A DNA stretch of 64,000 nt, taken from NCBI GenBank assembly GCA_963754875.1, contig CAVWHO010000001.1, positions 14,879-78,878 of the forward strand, given 5' to 3'. This document shows, in pieces, positions 37,324 to 47,484 of the stretch (position 1 is its first letter; every line of letters starts with the position of its first letter). Both the position numbers and the translations under genes were made by a program. This DNA comes from Nitrospirota bacterium (lineage in GTDB: Bacteria > Nitrospirota > UBA9217). The notes under the pieces were generated by a model that searched no databases, had not been told where the DNA came from, and saw nothing but the letters and a program-made list of their open reading frames with translations.

Positions 37324-37629
37324 GTGCTCATGTCCGACAAGGGACTTAAAAAGGCGGTTCTCGTCGGCGCAGTGCTCGGCGCACTCATTACACTGGGCAT
37401 CGCCCTGTCCATGGATCTGTTCTTTTCCGACTCCCTTCAGGGGACCTGGCGGGACGCTTCAGCGAAGGACGTGACCAAGATGTTCGGACCGGCATGCGGT
37501 CATAACGTTTTTGTCGTGTACCTGGTCCTCGTCATTGTGATGGGGTTCCTGGCGGGTTTCGGGGCGATGCTCGGCGCGGCCGCAGGCCTCATAATGAACC
37601 GGTTTTTTAAAATGGTGTTGAAACTGTAG
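37324..37629 (+). CDS. small three-TM membrane protein
   Basis: 101 aa and hydrophobic. No family recognised. Confidence 0.45.
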   Translation: MLMSDKGLKKAVLVGAVLGALITLGIALSMDLFFSDSLQGTWRDASAKDVTKMFGPACGHNVFVVYLVLVIVMGFLAGFGAMLGAAAGLIMNRFFKMVLKL

Positions 37630-37656
37630 AACCTTAGAGGCGATTCACCTCCCCAA

Positions 37657-37710
37657 CCCCTCCTTGGCAAGGAGGGGAGTAAGTAAGTTCCTCCCCTTAT
37701 CAAGGGGAGG
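37657..37710. repeat. two tandem G/C-rich hairpins (cccctcctt-ggc-aaggagggg and cctcccctt-atc-aaggggagg)
   Basis: Perfect 9-bp stems at 37657-37677 and 37690-37710. Confidence 0.6.
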
Positions 37711-37774
37711 CCAGGTGGGGTGCTTTCAGTTGGCGCGCTGAGCTATCAGGTTAGAAATTTGAAGGCAGGAAAAT

Positions 37775-37810
37775 GAGAACGGATGAACTCTACAGGTTCA
37801 TCCGTTCTTT
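37775..37810. terminator. intrinsic terminator hairpin between convergent genes
   Basis: gagaacggatgaac-tctacag-gttcatccgttct followed by ttt. Confidence 0.7.
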
Positions 37811-37824
37811 AATTATCGGAAGGT

Positions 37825-39597
37825 CTATTTATTCGGCAGCAGAGGGGAAAAGGGGTTGCGCGAGCGCAGGTCCTGCCGGACTTCCGAGAGCACCAGTTTC
37901 ATGATGTTCGGCACTTTGAGCTTCCAACCCTTGACGGGCCAGTCGAGCTCATGCTTGCCGCACACGATATCGAGCGTATTCAGGCTGAAAATCTCTTTGC
38001 GCAGCTCGTCGTCAATATGTTCGGGATCGGTGATTTTTTCACTCAGGACGATCGCCCGCTCAAGATGATCCCGGAGCTTTAAGGCGGTCTGCTGGCTGAC
38101 GGCCCCGTATTGTTCCTTGATCGCAAGAAGCTTTAAAGCCCCATCGTAGGTAGCCTTTACGATCTCATCCCTCGTCATCCACTTCGTTTCGTAGTTCAGC
38201 GAGAATTTCCAGCTCGGCTGGAGCATGGCTTGCCGGTGTTCTTTCAGGGTCTTCGCGAAAAAACGGTACCCGTATTTCTCCGGGTTCTCGAAAATAACGC
38301 TGCCGGGGTCGATGAAAGGCGCGAGCGGCGCGATCAGGGGAAGTACTTTTCCCCGGTTGCCGTTGCTGCCGAACTTCTCCAGGAGTTCTCCGCAGTAGGA
38401 GACGGTGTCCATGACCGACTGGTAGGTCTGGTTCGGCAGCCCCACCATGAAAAAGAGGTCGACCCGCTTGCACCCGACGTCGATGAGTGTCTCGATCATC
38501 CCCTCGAGGGCGTTGTTGTCGTAATCCTTTCCAAAGGTCTTGCGCACGTTGATATCGTGCGATTCCGGCGAAATTTCGACGTTGAACGTTTCGATGCAAT
38601 CCGCCGCTTTTTTGAGGAACTCCGTCGTCGGCGGTCTGAAAAATTCGATACAGATCTCGTTCCTGATGCGGTGCTTCTTGACGGCCTCCAGGAACCGATC
38701 GCTGTACTCCCGCCCTGCCTGCAGCAGGTCCCCGAGGACGATCATCGGCGCCCCGGTGTAATCCGCTATCTTTCTGATGTCCTCGGCCATGAGTTCCGGT
38801 GAACGGAAACACGCATGGGACCGTTCGCATATTGTTTTAAACGCTGAAATCGACCCCCCGCAGGTGCCGCAGTTGTGGTTGCATCCGCGGACGGAAAAGA
38901 TCGCGGTCACAGGGTAGCTGAGCCAGTACCTGAACGGTATGTATCCCGAGGGGTCCCGGTACTTGATCGCCATCTTGAGAAGATGGGCGTAATCGAAGTC
39001 CACGTAATCGAGGTTCTCCGGCTTGAACGAGCGTTCGTTTACCCTGACGCGGCCCTGTCCATCCCTCCATACGAGGTTCGGCACCTCTTCGAATCCGGAG
39101 CCGGCTCGTATCGCCTGCATCAGCAGCCTGAGCGGTTCTTCGGTGGATTCGCCGCAGACGATGAAATCCACAAAGGGATAGTCCCGCATGATCTCTTCGT
39201 GATAGTACGTCGCGCTGAGGCCGCCGAGGATGACCGGTTTTTCGGGATGATATTTTTTGACCATTTCCGCAAGGCTGAGGCTTCCATCTACGTGGGGCAG
39301 CCAGTGCAGGTCGATGCCGAATGCCCCGGCGTCAAGGTTCTTGACGAAACGCTCAGCGTCGAAGGAGGGGGAGCGCAGCATCCTGAGGGCCATGTTGATG
39401 ATCCGCACGGAGATGTTGTGCTTGGTCAGATAACTCGAAATGGTAAGAAACCCGATGGGATAGATTTCGAAGATCGACGAAGACGGCACGACGTCGCTCA
39501 CCGGGCCGAAAAAGAGCGGCAAATCGCGGAAACGGAAGACGCTCGGCGGGTGGAGCAGAAGCAGATCGGGCTTAGGCATGGACGGTTTCATCTCCAA
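37825..39597 (-). CDS. B12-binding-domain radical SAM enzyme (class B)
   Basis: 590 aa. N-terminal cobalamin-binding-like Rossmann region and the CNHNCGTC (Cx3Cx2C) cluster motif. Confidence 0.8.
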   Translation of the reverse strand: MEMKPSMPKPDLLLLHPPSVFRFRDLPLFFGPVSDVVPSSSIFEIYPIGFLTISSYLTKHNISVRIINMALRMLRSPSFDAERFVKNLDAGAFGIDLHWLPHVDGSLSLAEMVKKYHPEKPVILGGLSATYYHEEIMRDYPFVDFIVCGESTEEPLRLLMQAIRAGSGFEEVPNLVWRDGQGRVRVNERSFKPENLDYVDFDYAHLLKMAIKYRDPSGYIPFRYWLSYPVTAIFSVRGCNHNCGTCGGSISAFKTICERSHACFRSPELMAEDIRKIADYTGAPMIVLGDLLQAGREYSDRFLEAVKKHRIRNEICIEFFRPPTTEFLKKAADCIETFNVEISPESHDINVRKTFGKDYDNNALEGMIETLIDVGCKRVDLFFMVGLPNQTYQSVMDTVSYCGELLEKFGSNGNRGKVLPLIAPLAPFIDPGSVIFENPEKYGYRFFAKTLKEHRQAMLQPSWKFSLNYETKWMTRDEIVKATYDGALKLLAIKEQYGAVSQQTALKLRDHLERAIVLSEKITDPEHIDDELRKEIFSLNTLDIVCGKHELDWPVKGWKLKVPNIMKLVLSEVRQDLRSRNPFSPLLPNK

Positions 39598-40219
39598 AAA
39601 TTTTTCTGGTAAAGACGTCGGTCATGTCGTTCGTTATCTCCTCCATGGCCTGGTACATGACATCGGCGTAGGAGCCGATCGCTTTGTTCAAGGGGCCGAA
39701 GAGGCGTAGGGAATGGCTCAGTATCCTTGTTTCCTCATTATAGAGGTGCAGGATGTCCACGAGGCGTTCTTTGAATTTCGTTCCCGTGTAGGCGTTTCTG
39801 GCGGCATCAACAAAAGACGCTTCCTCCGGCCAGTTCGACAGGAGAGCGTAGACGGTTTTGGAAATGAGCCAGATGCGCTGGATCCGGATGTCGGCGAAAT
39901 CGCTGTAGCGCAGGTGGAAGGATAGGGAAGGAATGATAAGATTATTCAGAAAGACCTTGTCCACTTGTTTCGTTTTCTCGAACATATCTTCCAGGTCCAG
40001 ATCGCAAATGGGCCTCCCTGCTCTATATTCTCCTGCAGCCACCTCGATGATGAGCCGGTCTTTGTCGACCTCTTTTTTGACATTCGCATCCAGGTAGGCT
40101 GCGAAGAAGGGGAGGCCGGCGAGCAGCAGCGAGTGCCGGCCGGCGCGGCTGAGGCTCTGCCGGGAAAAACTTTCCATCATGTCCTTGTCTTTTTCGCACA
40201 GGATTGCAACCCTATCCAC
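39572..40219 (-). CDS. hypothetical protein, translationally coupled on both sides
   Basis: 215 aa with no recognisable motif. Overlaps the methyltransferase stop by 8 nt and the radical SAM start by 26 nt. Confidence 0.5.
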   Translation of the reverse strand: MDRVAILCEKDKDMMESFSRQSLSRAGRHSLLLAGLPFFAAYLDANVKKEVDKDRLIIEVAAGEYRAGRPICDLDLEDMFEKTKQVDKVFLNNLIIPSLSFHLRYSDFADIRIQRIWLISKTVYALLSNWPEEASFVDAARNAYTGTKFKERLVDILHLYNEETRILSHSLRLFGPLNKAIGSYADVMYQAMEEITNDMTDVFTRKIFGDETVHA

Positions 40220-40919
40220 GTTTCACCGCCGTATACAACGTTGCAATGCCGAACGTCATTGAATCAGCCCCTATGTTCTCGAAACCGCTTTTGTGAATCA
40301 TGTCCTTGAATTCGTCGGGCGGATAAAAGGAGTTAATGGAACGGGGCAAATAGAGGTAGGGCGCAGCGGTCTTAACGACCAATTTCCCGATCAACGGCAT
40401 GATCTTAAAAACGTACCACTCGTAAAGGAAGCGGAACCAGCGGTACTGGGGCCGCGTCAGTTCGAGGCAAACGAATTTGCCACCCGGCCTAAGGACGCGA
40501 TCTATTTCCCGCAGCGCCAGGGCCGTATCGGGGATGTTGCGCATGCCGAAGGAGACCGTAACCGCATCGAAGGTGTTGTCGCGGAAAGGAAGCCTCTTGG
40601 TATCGGACAGGATGAAAGAGAGGTTCGCATGATCCCCCCCCTTTTTGAGCCGCGCGCGATCGAGCATCTCTTCGCAGAAGTCGGACCCGGTGACCGAACC
40701 TCGCGGACCGACGCGGCGGGAGAGCAAAAAGGCAAGTTCGCCGGTCCCGCTGCAGACGTCGAGTACGCGCTCACCCTCGAGGATGCCTGAGCGCAGAACA
40801 GCCTCTCTGCGCCAGAAGCGGTCAAACCCGAAGCTGAAACTGCTGCTGAGGAAGTCGACGTAGGGGGCCACTGTCGTGAAGATATGTTTGATAAAGAGGT
40901 CACGCTGTTCTAATGACAT
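40212..40919 (-). CDS. UbiE/MenG-family SAM-dependent (demethylmenaquinone-type) methyltransferase
   Basis: VLDVCSGTGEL, FDAVTVSFGMRNIPD and RVLRPGGKFVCLELT match the UbiE/COQ5 signatures. Confidence 0.75.
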   Translation of the reverse strand: MSLEQRDLFIKHIFTTVAPYVDFLSSSFSFGFDRFWRREAVLRSGILEGERVLDVCSGTGELAFLLSRRVGPRGSVTGSDFCEEMLDRARLKKGGDHANLSFILSDTKRLPFRDNTFDAVTVSFGMRNIPDTALALREIDRVLRPGGKFVCLELTRPQYRWFRFLYEWYVFKIMPLIGKLVVKTAAPYLYLPRSINSFYPPDEFKDMIHKSGFENIGADSMTFGIATLYTAVKRG

Positions 40920-40922
40920 ATA

Positions 40923-41738
40923 TTAGTAGAGGAACTGTCCCACCACGATCAGAATGAGCAGGCCGAAGCCGACCAGGACCACGGCAAAGCCGAACAGGAT
41001 GCCCGCATCGGTGATCCAAGTCTTTTGCGGCGCGACGAGGTATGCATCAAGCCGGTTCTCAGCCACAAGGCGCTGGTATTCGAGAGGGCGATCATGCTGC
41101 AGTTCATGGAGCGTAAGCCTCCCGGTGAAGATGACCGGATCCATGGGGAATTTTTCCGGCCGAAGGTGAGTATTGAAGTAATGGATCGTGAAGATGAAGC
41201 CGGCCGCGAGGAGCGCTTCATCGCTGTGAATGACCGTGGCAATGTTGAACGCCCATCCGGGCAGGAAGCGGCCGAAGAATTCAGGGAACCAGAGGAACAG
41301 GCCTGATACGCCGATCATGCCCACGCCCCAGAACACCGCCCAGTAGTCGAACTTTTCCCAGTACGCGAAGCGGTCGAACTGCGGCCGGGGCCCCATGCCG
41401 AGGAACCAGCGGAAGCTCCCGATGATGTCCTGAAGGTCCTTGAGCCAGGGCACCATGGATTCCGGCCCCACGATGTTGAACTTGAACTTCCGTACGATCG
41501 CGATATCGTAAATGACATACCCGATGTGGGCGGCGAAGTACCCAAAAGTGATGACGGCGCAAATCCGGTGAATGAGCCCGGCTGCATAATACCCGCCGAG
41601 GAGCCTCATGAGCCACGCGGCCCAGGGAGCGTTTGCATACTTGAGCGGCATGCCTGAGGCCACAAGACCGACGAAGCTCACGGCCATGGCGACATGGAGT
41701 ACCCGGTGATAGGCGTTGAAGCGTTTTATCTCAGCCAC
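40923..41738 (-). CDS. membrane di-haem cytochrome b-type subunit
   Basis: 271 aa with 5-6 TM helices. Conserved His residues sit in helices (YHRVLHVAM, LIHRICAV, IHSDEALL, IHYFNTHL). Confidence 0.65.
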   Translation of the reverse strand: MAEIKRFNAYHRVLHVAMAVSFVGLVASGMPLKYANAPWAAWLMRLLGGYYAAGLIHRICAVITFGYFAAHIGYVIYDIAIVRKFKFNIVGPESMVPWLKDLQDIIGSFRWFLGMGPRPQFDRFAYWEKFDYWAVFWGVGMIGVSGLFLWFPEFFGRFLPGWAFNIATVIHSDEALLAAGFIFTIHYFNTHLRPEKFPMDPVIFTGRLTLHELQHDRPLEYQRLVAENRLDAYLVAPQKTWITDAGILFGFAVVLVGFGLLILIVVGQFLY

Positions 41739-41739
41739 G

Positions 41740-42723
41740 TTACTCGCCCCCTTTTTTGCTCATGCGCTCTTTCAGCGAGCGGTAGGCCCACAGGAACGTG
41801 TGGGTGAAAAAGAATGCGAAGGTGCCGAGCAGCAGCACGGTCATGCCGAGGAAGGTGTAGTACAGCACCGGGTATTTCGTACGGTCCTTTTCCTCGGCAT
41901 GAGCATAGAATTTGGTGAAGCCCGACGTGGCCGCAGGATGGCATTTCTGGCAGGTCGTGAGGATATTTTTCTGCGAGAGCGTCGAATCCGGGTTGTCGAT
42001 CCTTTGAATGCCGTGGGACCCGTGGCAATCCGAGCACTTTGCCACGGTGGCATAGCCGAGTTCCGTCACTTTGCCGTGGTACGTTTTGCGGTAGGTCTTT
42101 ATTTCTTCGGAATGACAGTTCCCGCACTGTTTAATCAAAGACAGCTGCCACTGGTTGCTCGCCGTGGGAGGTGTCAGGTGCTCCAAATGGCACTGGAAGC
42201 AGGTAGGCGCTGCCGGGTTGTTGTCTTCCAGAAGCTGTCTACCGTGAATGCTGGTTTTATAGACCTCGAACTCCTGAGGATGACATTGGGAGCAGAGGGC
42301 CGGAATCTTCTGTCTGTTCGTGGCGGACCGGGTGTCAGCGGAGGGGTAGATATAGTGAGAGCCGTGACAGGTCTGGCACGTCGGCGCGCCGGCATTTCCC
42401 ATTGCTTTGGCCTGGTTGTGCACGCTCATCTTGAACTGCTGGGCCTGCTCTTTCGGGGCGCCTTCCGTGCCGATGAAATGGCAGGCCCCGCAGTTGACTT
42501 TCGAGACATTTGCGTGCGGATATCCTGATATGTCGTAATGACATTTGGTACAAGCCAGATGGCCATGTGCGGATTGCTCGAACGCCGATCTGTCTATGTA
42601 CCCCTTCATGCCCTTCTGGCCGTGACAATCATAACACATGTCTTTGGCAACAGCAGGCGAAGGGAACAGGAAGTATGAAACAACAAGGAGAAGTGTGAGG
42701 TGTTTCATGAGTGAGGGATTCAT
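41740..42723 (-). CDS. nonahaem c-type cytochrome with C-terminal membrane anchor
   Basis: Signal peptide, nine CxxCH motifs counted by hand and a C-terminal TM helix. Confidence 0.85.
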   Translation of the reverse strand: MNPSLMKHLTLLLVVSYFLFPSPAVAKDMCYDCHGQKGMKGYIDRSAFEQSAHGHLACTKCHYDISGYPHANVSKVNCGACHFIGTEGAPKEQAQQFKMSVHNQAKAMGNAGAPTCQTCHGSHYIYPSADTRSATNRQKIPALCSQCHPQEFEVYKTSIHGRQLLEDNNPAAPTCFQCHLEHLTPPTASNQWQLSLIKQCGNCHSEEIKTYRKTYHGKVTELGYATVAKCSDCHGSHGIQRIDNPDSTLSQKNILTTCQKCHPAATSGFTKFYAHAEEKDRTKYPVLYYTFLGMTVLLLGTFAFFFTHTFLWAYRSLKERMSKKGGE

Positions 42724-42729
42724 GACTAC

Positions 42730-42758
42730 ATTCTAGCAAAGAATCACAGGCTGTCAAG
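42730..42758 (-). promoter_or_regulatory. sigma70-like promoter TTGACA-N17-TAGAAT abutting the cytochrome c start codon
   Basis: The minus strand reads ttgaca gcctgtgattctttgc(+1) tagaat gtagtc ATG. The -10 box ends 6 nt before ATG 42723. Confidence 0.4.
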
Positions 42759-43364
42759 GCGACCCCGGATTTTCGGAGAAATAAATTTCATTGCGATCGA
42801 AACGCGGCGCTTCTTCATGGCAGAATGACAGAAGAAGATTGATTGCAAAGGCATTTTTAAATAGTAAACGCTCCTGGCGTGAAAAGAGGAGGGATCAGGT
42901 TTCGGTTAAGCCCTTGTGGCCGAGCATAATGTTTCATTCTTCTTCATGAGGAACAGTTAAGGAGTTTATAATGTGCAGTCATGGAGATGTTTTTAGTCAG
43001 TTATAAATCAAAAAACTCCAAGCAGAATGTATAGAAAAAAATCGATTCTTTTTGACAGGATCACAGGGTTGACAGAAGTTTCAGGATGAAATGCTTTCAT
43101 CGGCTTTTATCCTGCCCGTGGCCTGTGGGCTTGAACCTTTTAGTAAACATGCTGCTCTACGGTTAAACGATTCTTGACACTCCCACCGCTAAAGCATGTG
43201 GGTTTTCTCGCGCTGGTTTCCATAAACTGAGAACGCATCGTAAGGCCTGGTTCAATCTGAAAGATTGAACCAGCGACAGAGTGAACGGCGGATTTTTCAA
43301 CAGCCTGTTAGACGGAAAGTATGCATGGTCATATCGATTTACGGTAAAATGCAAGGAGGAGGAA

Positions 43365-43700
43365 ATGATGCGAGATAAACCGAAAGAACCTTTTACCCCA
43401 CGGGAAACACATGATACGATCAGGCAGGAGATCATTGCCGAGCTTCTCCAGGGCACGTGCTCTGCCAGAGATCTTTCCGCTGCGGCGAAGATCCCGGAAC
43501 GCGAGGTATATACTCATCTCGAGCACATCCACAAGTCCCTTGCTTCGTCTGACCGGCATTTCATCATCACGCCTGCTGAGTGCAAAAAGTGCGGTTTTGT
43601 TTTTGCAAAACGGGAAAAGCTGAAGAGACCGGGAAAGTGCCCGGTGTGCAAAGGAGAATCAATCCGGGGACCTCTCTTTGCGATCGAGGACTCGCGTTAG
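43365..43700 (+). CDS. HTH plus zinc-ribbon transcriptional regulator (COG3357-like)
   Basis: AAGGAGGAGG RBS before ATG 43365. N-terminal wHTH-like region and C-terminal CKKCG...CPVCKG. Confidence 0.6.
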   Translation: MMRDKPKEPFTPRETHDTIRQEIIAELLQGTCSARDLSAAAKIPEREVYTHLEHIHKSLASSDRHFIITPAECKKCGFVFAKREKLKRPGKCPVCKGESIRGPLFAIEDSR

Positions 43701-43705
43701 CGTGG

Positions 43706-44884
43706 TCACGATAGTGCGCGGCTGGCGGTCGTTTTCGTGCTGTCGTTGCCGGGGAGAAGAAGGAAGGGAAGGTGTGCAAGAAGCCACAATTGGAAATGCA
43801 CGTAATCGGTCTTTCCCGCCGGAATGTCGAGAAACCGCAATAAGGCTTCGGGATGTTCGAAGAAAATGCGGAGAAAGAGACGGGGATGCCGATCGAGCAA
43901 ATGCGCCAGACGTAGCGCAACACGCAGCTGTTTTGTGATCCGGTCATCGGTTTCCCGGCAATACCGCGCGATTACGGCTGCCGGACGCGTCTGATTTTTG
44001 ATTGCGTCAGCGACAGCGCGGGCGGCGAGCTTGCCGGAGAGGATGGCATGAGATATCCCTTCGCCGTGGAAAGGATCTGCAAATCCTGCAGCGTCCCCTG
44101 CTAATAATACCCTGCCCCTGGCGACTGATCTTTTGATCCCTCCAAAGGGAATGAAGTGGCCTTGCACGTCTGAAAGTTCGATGTTTAACGTCTCGGCGAG
44201 TTTCGTCAGCGCTTCCCGGGGTTTGGAAAAGCGCGCTGCAAGCCCCGCAATCCCGGTGGAGAGGTAGCCGCGGTGCGGGAAGAGCCAGCCATATCCGACC
44301 GGCGCGGTCCCGAAATAGAGGTCGAGGGTCTTGTCCAGCCGGTTCCTGATATCCTGTCCCTCCGCAGGAATCTGAGAAACGAGCGCAAGCGCCATGCTGC
44401 CCTTGTCCAGCGGAGGCCTCAGGGTACGTGCCGCCTGGCTGTGAATCCCGTCAGCGCCGACGACAAAGAGGGACCGATAGGTCCTATTTTTTGTTGCAAC
44501 TTCTGTGAAGTCTCTGCCATCCCGAACAGCGATGACCTGCTCGTTCGTACGAAAATCAGCTCCGCTTTCGACGGCCTTCTCCACGAGGAATGCGTCGAAA
44601 TATTTTCTCGTTACAAGAACCGCGAACGGGGTATTGCGCGTTGCATTCACTACATGACCTTCCCGGTGGACCCGGACGCTCATGCATTCTTCCTCGATGA
44701 TGGCATCCGGGAGACTGAAGTCGAGATACGAGAGTGCCTGCAGGGAAACGGCGCCTGCACAGGGTTTTGATCTCGGGAACGTATCGCGGTCCAGCAGGAG
44801 TGTTTTGAGCCCTTGTTGTGCGCATGTTCGCGCAGAGGTGGAGCCTGCCGGCCCGGCTCCTATGACAATGACGTCGTACATCAT
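43706..44884 (-). CDS. geranylgeranyl reductase-family FAD-dependent oxidoreductase
   Basis: MMYDVIVIGAGPAGS dinucleotide fold, PCAGAVS, and GDAAGFADPFHGEGI. Confidence 0.8.
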   Translation of the reverse strand: MMYDVIVIGAGPAGSTSARTCAQQGLKTLLLDRDTFPRSKPCAGAVSLQALSYLDFSLPDAIIEEECMSVRVHREGHVVNATRNTPFAVLVTRKYFDAFLVEKAVESGADFRTNEQVIAVRDGRDFTEVATKNRTYRSLFVVGADGIHSQAARTLRPPLDKGSMALALVSQIPAEGQDIRNRLDKTLDLYFGTAPVGYGWLFPHRGYLSTGIAGLAARFSKPREALTKLAETLNIELSDVQGHFIPFGGIKRSVARGRVLLAGDAAGFADPFHGEGISHAILSGKLAARAVADAIKNQTRPAAVIARYCRETDDRITKQLRVALRLAHLLDRHPRLFLRIFFEHPEALLRFLDIPAGKTDYVHFQLWLLAHLPFLLLPGNDSTKTTASRALS

Positions 44885-45267
44885 CAACTCTTTACTCTCC
44901 CTGAAAACAGAATAGAATTGCGGACGGCTACGGATGAACGCAAAGGAAATTTTCGATGGTTTTACTGCCTTGCCCCTCACCTTGGTCTTTCCTTGATGCA
45001 ACAACATTTACTTCATTTGCATTAGTATAGCCTATGCAACTCGTTTGATAAGTTTACCAAACTGAACATCGAATTGCAAAATATTTGCTGTATTTGACCA
45101 TTTTCCGGTTTCTGCATTACGGTCTTTTCGTCTGACCCTCACAATCAGGCACAGTGGAATGGGCGAACGACCCTTCGTACGGTTACGGCCGGAATATTCT
45201 CAATCTCATATAAACAGAATTTTGCAAAGCAAAATCAGTGTCACTAAAGTTCTCATTCTTTGCTAAA

Positions 45268-45593
45268 ATGAAGACATGGAGAATAATATTCTGCGCGAAC
45301 ATCATCGATGTGGAAAAAGAGATCCAGCAGTCTCTTGATCGGGAAAAGCTGAAAGACGCGTGAGTGGCTTGATGCTCGTAAAAAGGAGATCGAAAGCGAC
45401 TTTCCGCGATGCAGGAGCAGAATATTCTCCAGTCCTATCAACAGGCCCACGAGAATGCCGAACAGGAAGCGGGAAAACCGCCTCAGAGCTTTTTGAGCAG
45501 TCGAAACGCCAAACAGACAAGCTTGCCCATCTGGAAAACGACATCTTGGTAAAAATCGTAACAGACAACATCAACAAGATCCTTCCGGGATGA
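45268..45593 (+). pseudogene. A/V-type ATPase peripheral-stalk subunit (G/H-like), at least 3 frame breaks
   Basis: Coiled-coil pieces lie in different frames: IIDVEKEIQQSLDREKLKDA in frame 1, EWLDARKKEIESDF in frame 2, AMQEQNILQSYQQAHENAEQEAGK in frame 1, and ASELFEQSKRQTDKLAHLENDILVKIV in frame 0. Confidence 0.6.
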
Positions 45594-45596
45594 CCT

Positions 45597-47484
45597 ATGA
45601 TCGTCAGGATGGCCAAAGTTGAAATCGTGGGCGCAAAAGGGCTGCTTCAGGACGTTCTCGTGTGCCTTCGCGAACTCGGTGTGTTCCAGATAGAACCGGC
45701 AACGATCGGTTTTCTCGAAGCGGGACATGAAGATGATATCCGCGCTTTCATGCCCGACGAAAAAACAATGTTCGAGCGGGTCTTTCTCGAAGGGCTGCGG
45801 ACCAAGGTCACCGAGCTCCTGTCGGCGCTGCCGACGCTGCCGAGTGCGAAACAGCTATCTCGATCCACGTCCGGTCATTGATACGGTCGGGGCGATCGTT
45901 GAACGGCATGCAGCGATGATCAAGGTGCGGAATGAGCGGAAAGAGGAACTCAAAAAAGAGCTCACTGAGCTTGAACGGTATGCTCTTTTTCTCGGAACGC
46001 TGGCCCCTCTCGTCGAGAGCGTCAAGGAAACGCCGGACATTGATTTTATCGGACTGACTATACGGGAGCCCGATATGGTGGTCCGTCTCAAAGAAGCGCT
46101 CTCACGCATCACAAACTGGAAGTACGAGCTGGTGACGGAACCCGCGGAGGACGGCTCCCTGGTGGGGCTGATCACCGTGGAGCGTGACCTTGCCGACCGC
46201 GTAAAAAAGACCCTGAGCGACGAGCAGGTGCCGGAGCTGACGTTTCCCGCCGTCCTACAGCAACCTCACCTTTTCGGAAAAGGTCGTCTACGTGAAGAAG
46301 AGGATCGCGGAAGTTTCGGCGGAAGTGCAGGGAATCGATGCTGAACTTTCACGGTTTACCCAGCGCTGGGCCCCGATCTACCGGAGCGTGCGGGAGTGGA
46401 TCGACGACCGGCTGGCGGTGCTGTCCACGACCGCGGCGGCATTTGAAACGCGGATGTGCTTCTTCATCAACGGGTGGATGATGGCGAAGGAGGTCGGGAG
46501 GCTCCGGACGACGATTGCAGCAGGACTTTCAAGGACGGCGTGGTCCTGGATGAGAAAGAGCTGCGCGAACATGATCTCGACCGCGTTCCGATCATTCTGA
46601 AGAACCCTCCCTACTTCAAACCATTCGAAATCTTTACGAGCATGCTGCCGCTGCCCGCTTATACGTCCTACGACCCGACGCCGTTCATCGGCATTTTCTT
46701 CCCCGTCTTTTTCGGCATGATCCTCGGCGACGCGGGCTACGGTCTTTTCCTCGGAAGTCTCGCCTTTTTCCTGATGAGGAAGTACAGGCAGAAGAAGATG
46801 ATCAGGGACGGGGCAAAGATCCTGCTGGTTGCGTCGGCCTATACCATTTTCTTCGGCATCCTGTTCGGCGAGTTCTTCGGAGACCTGCCCGAGCGGCTCT
46901 TTCACCTGCAGCCCCTCTGCATTGAACGCAGGACCGCGATCGTCCCGATGATCTTCTTTACTCTTGCCGTGGGCGTGGCGCACGTACTCCTTGGGCTGCT
47001 CTTCGGCGTTATCGCGGAGTTCAGGAAGAAAGAAACGAAAGAAGCCGTGTATAAACTCCTGAGCATCGTCGTGGTGCTGGCCATGATCGTGGTGCTCGCT
47101 TCCTTCTTCAACGTATTGCCCACAGTGCTGGCCAGGCCCGTCATCATCGGCATTTTGTTCCTGACCCCGATTCTGTTCTTTACCGGCGGTCTTCTGGCGC
47201 CCCTGGAACTTTTGAAGAACATCGGTAATATCATCTCCTATGTCCGTATCATGGCGATCGGCCTCACGTCGGTGCTGCTCGCCTTTGTGGCGAACAATCT
47301 CGGCGGCCTGACCGGCGACGTCGTGACCGGCGTGGCAGTGGCCGGGCTGCTCCATCTCCTCAATATCATACTCGGCGTGTTCTCGCCGACCATCCATTCG
47401 CTCAGGCTCCACTATGTGGAGTTCTTCAGCAAGTTCATGCAGCAGGGCGGGAGGAAGTTCGAGCCGCTGAGCAAGACACAGTGA
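45597..47484 (+). pseudogene. atpI: A/V-type ATPase subunit I (membrane a-subunit), 3-4 frame breaks
   Basis: Segments run 45597-45881 (frame 0), about 45850-46250 (frame 1) and about 46250-46510 (frame 2), with the TM-rich C-terminal half in frame 1 (ORF 46456-47484). Confidence 0.8.

Noticed and set aside
43248-43272. ggttcaatc-tgaaa-gattgaacc hairpin resembling a T-arm; considered as a tRNA fragment
   Set aside because: There is no acceptor, D or anticodon arm around it and no GTTCRANYC context. It is just a hairpin in the AT-rich spacer.
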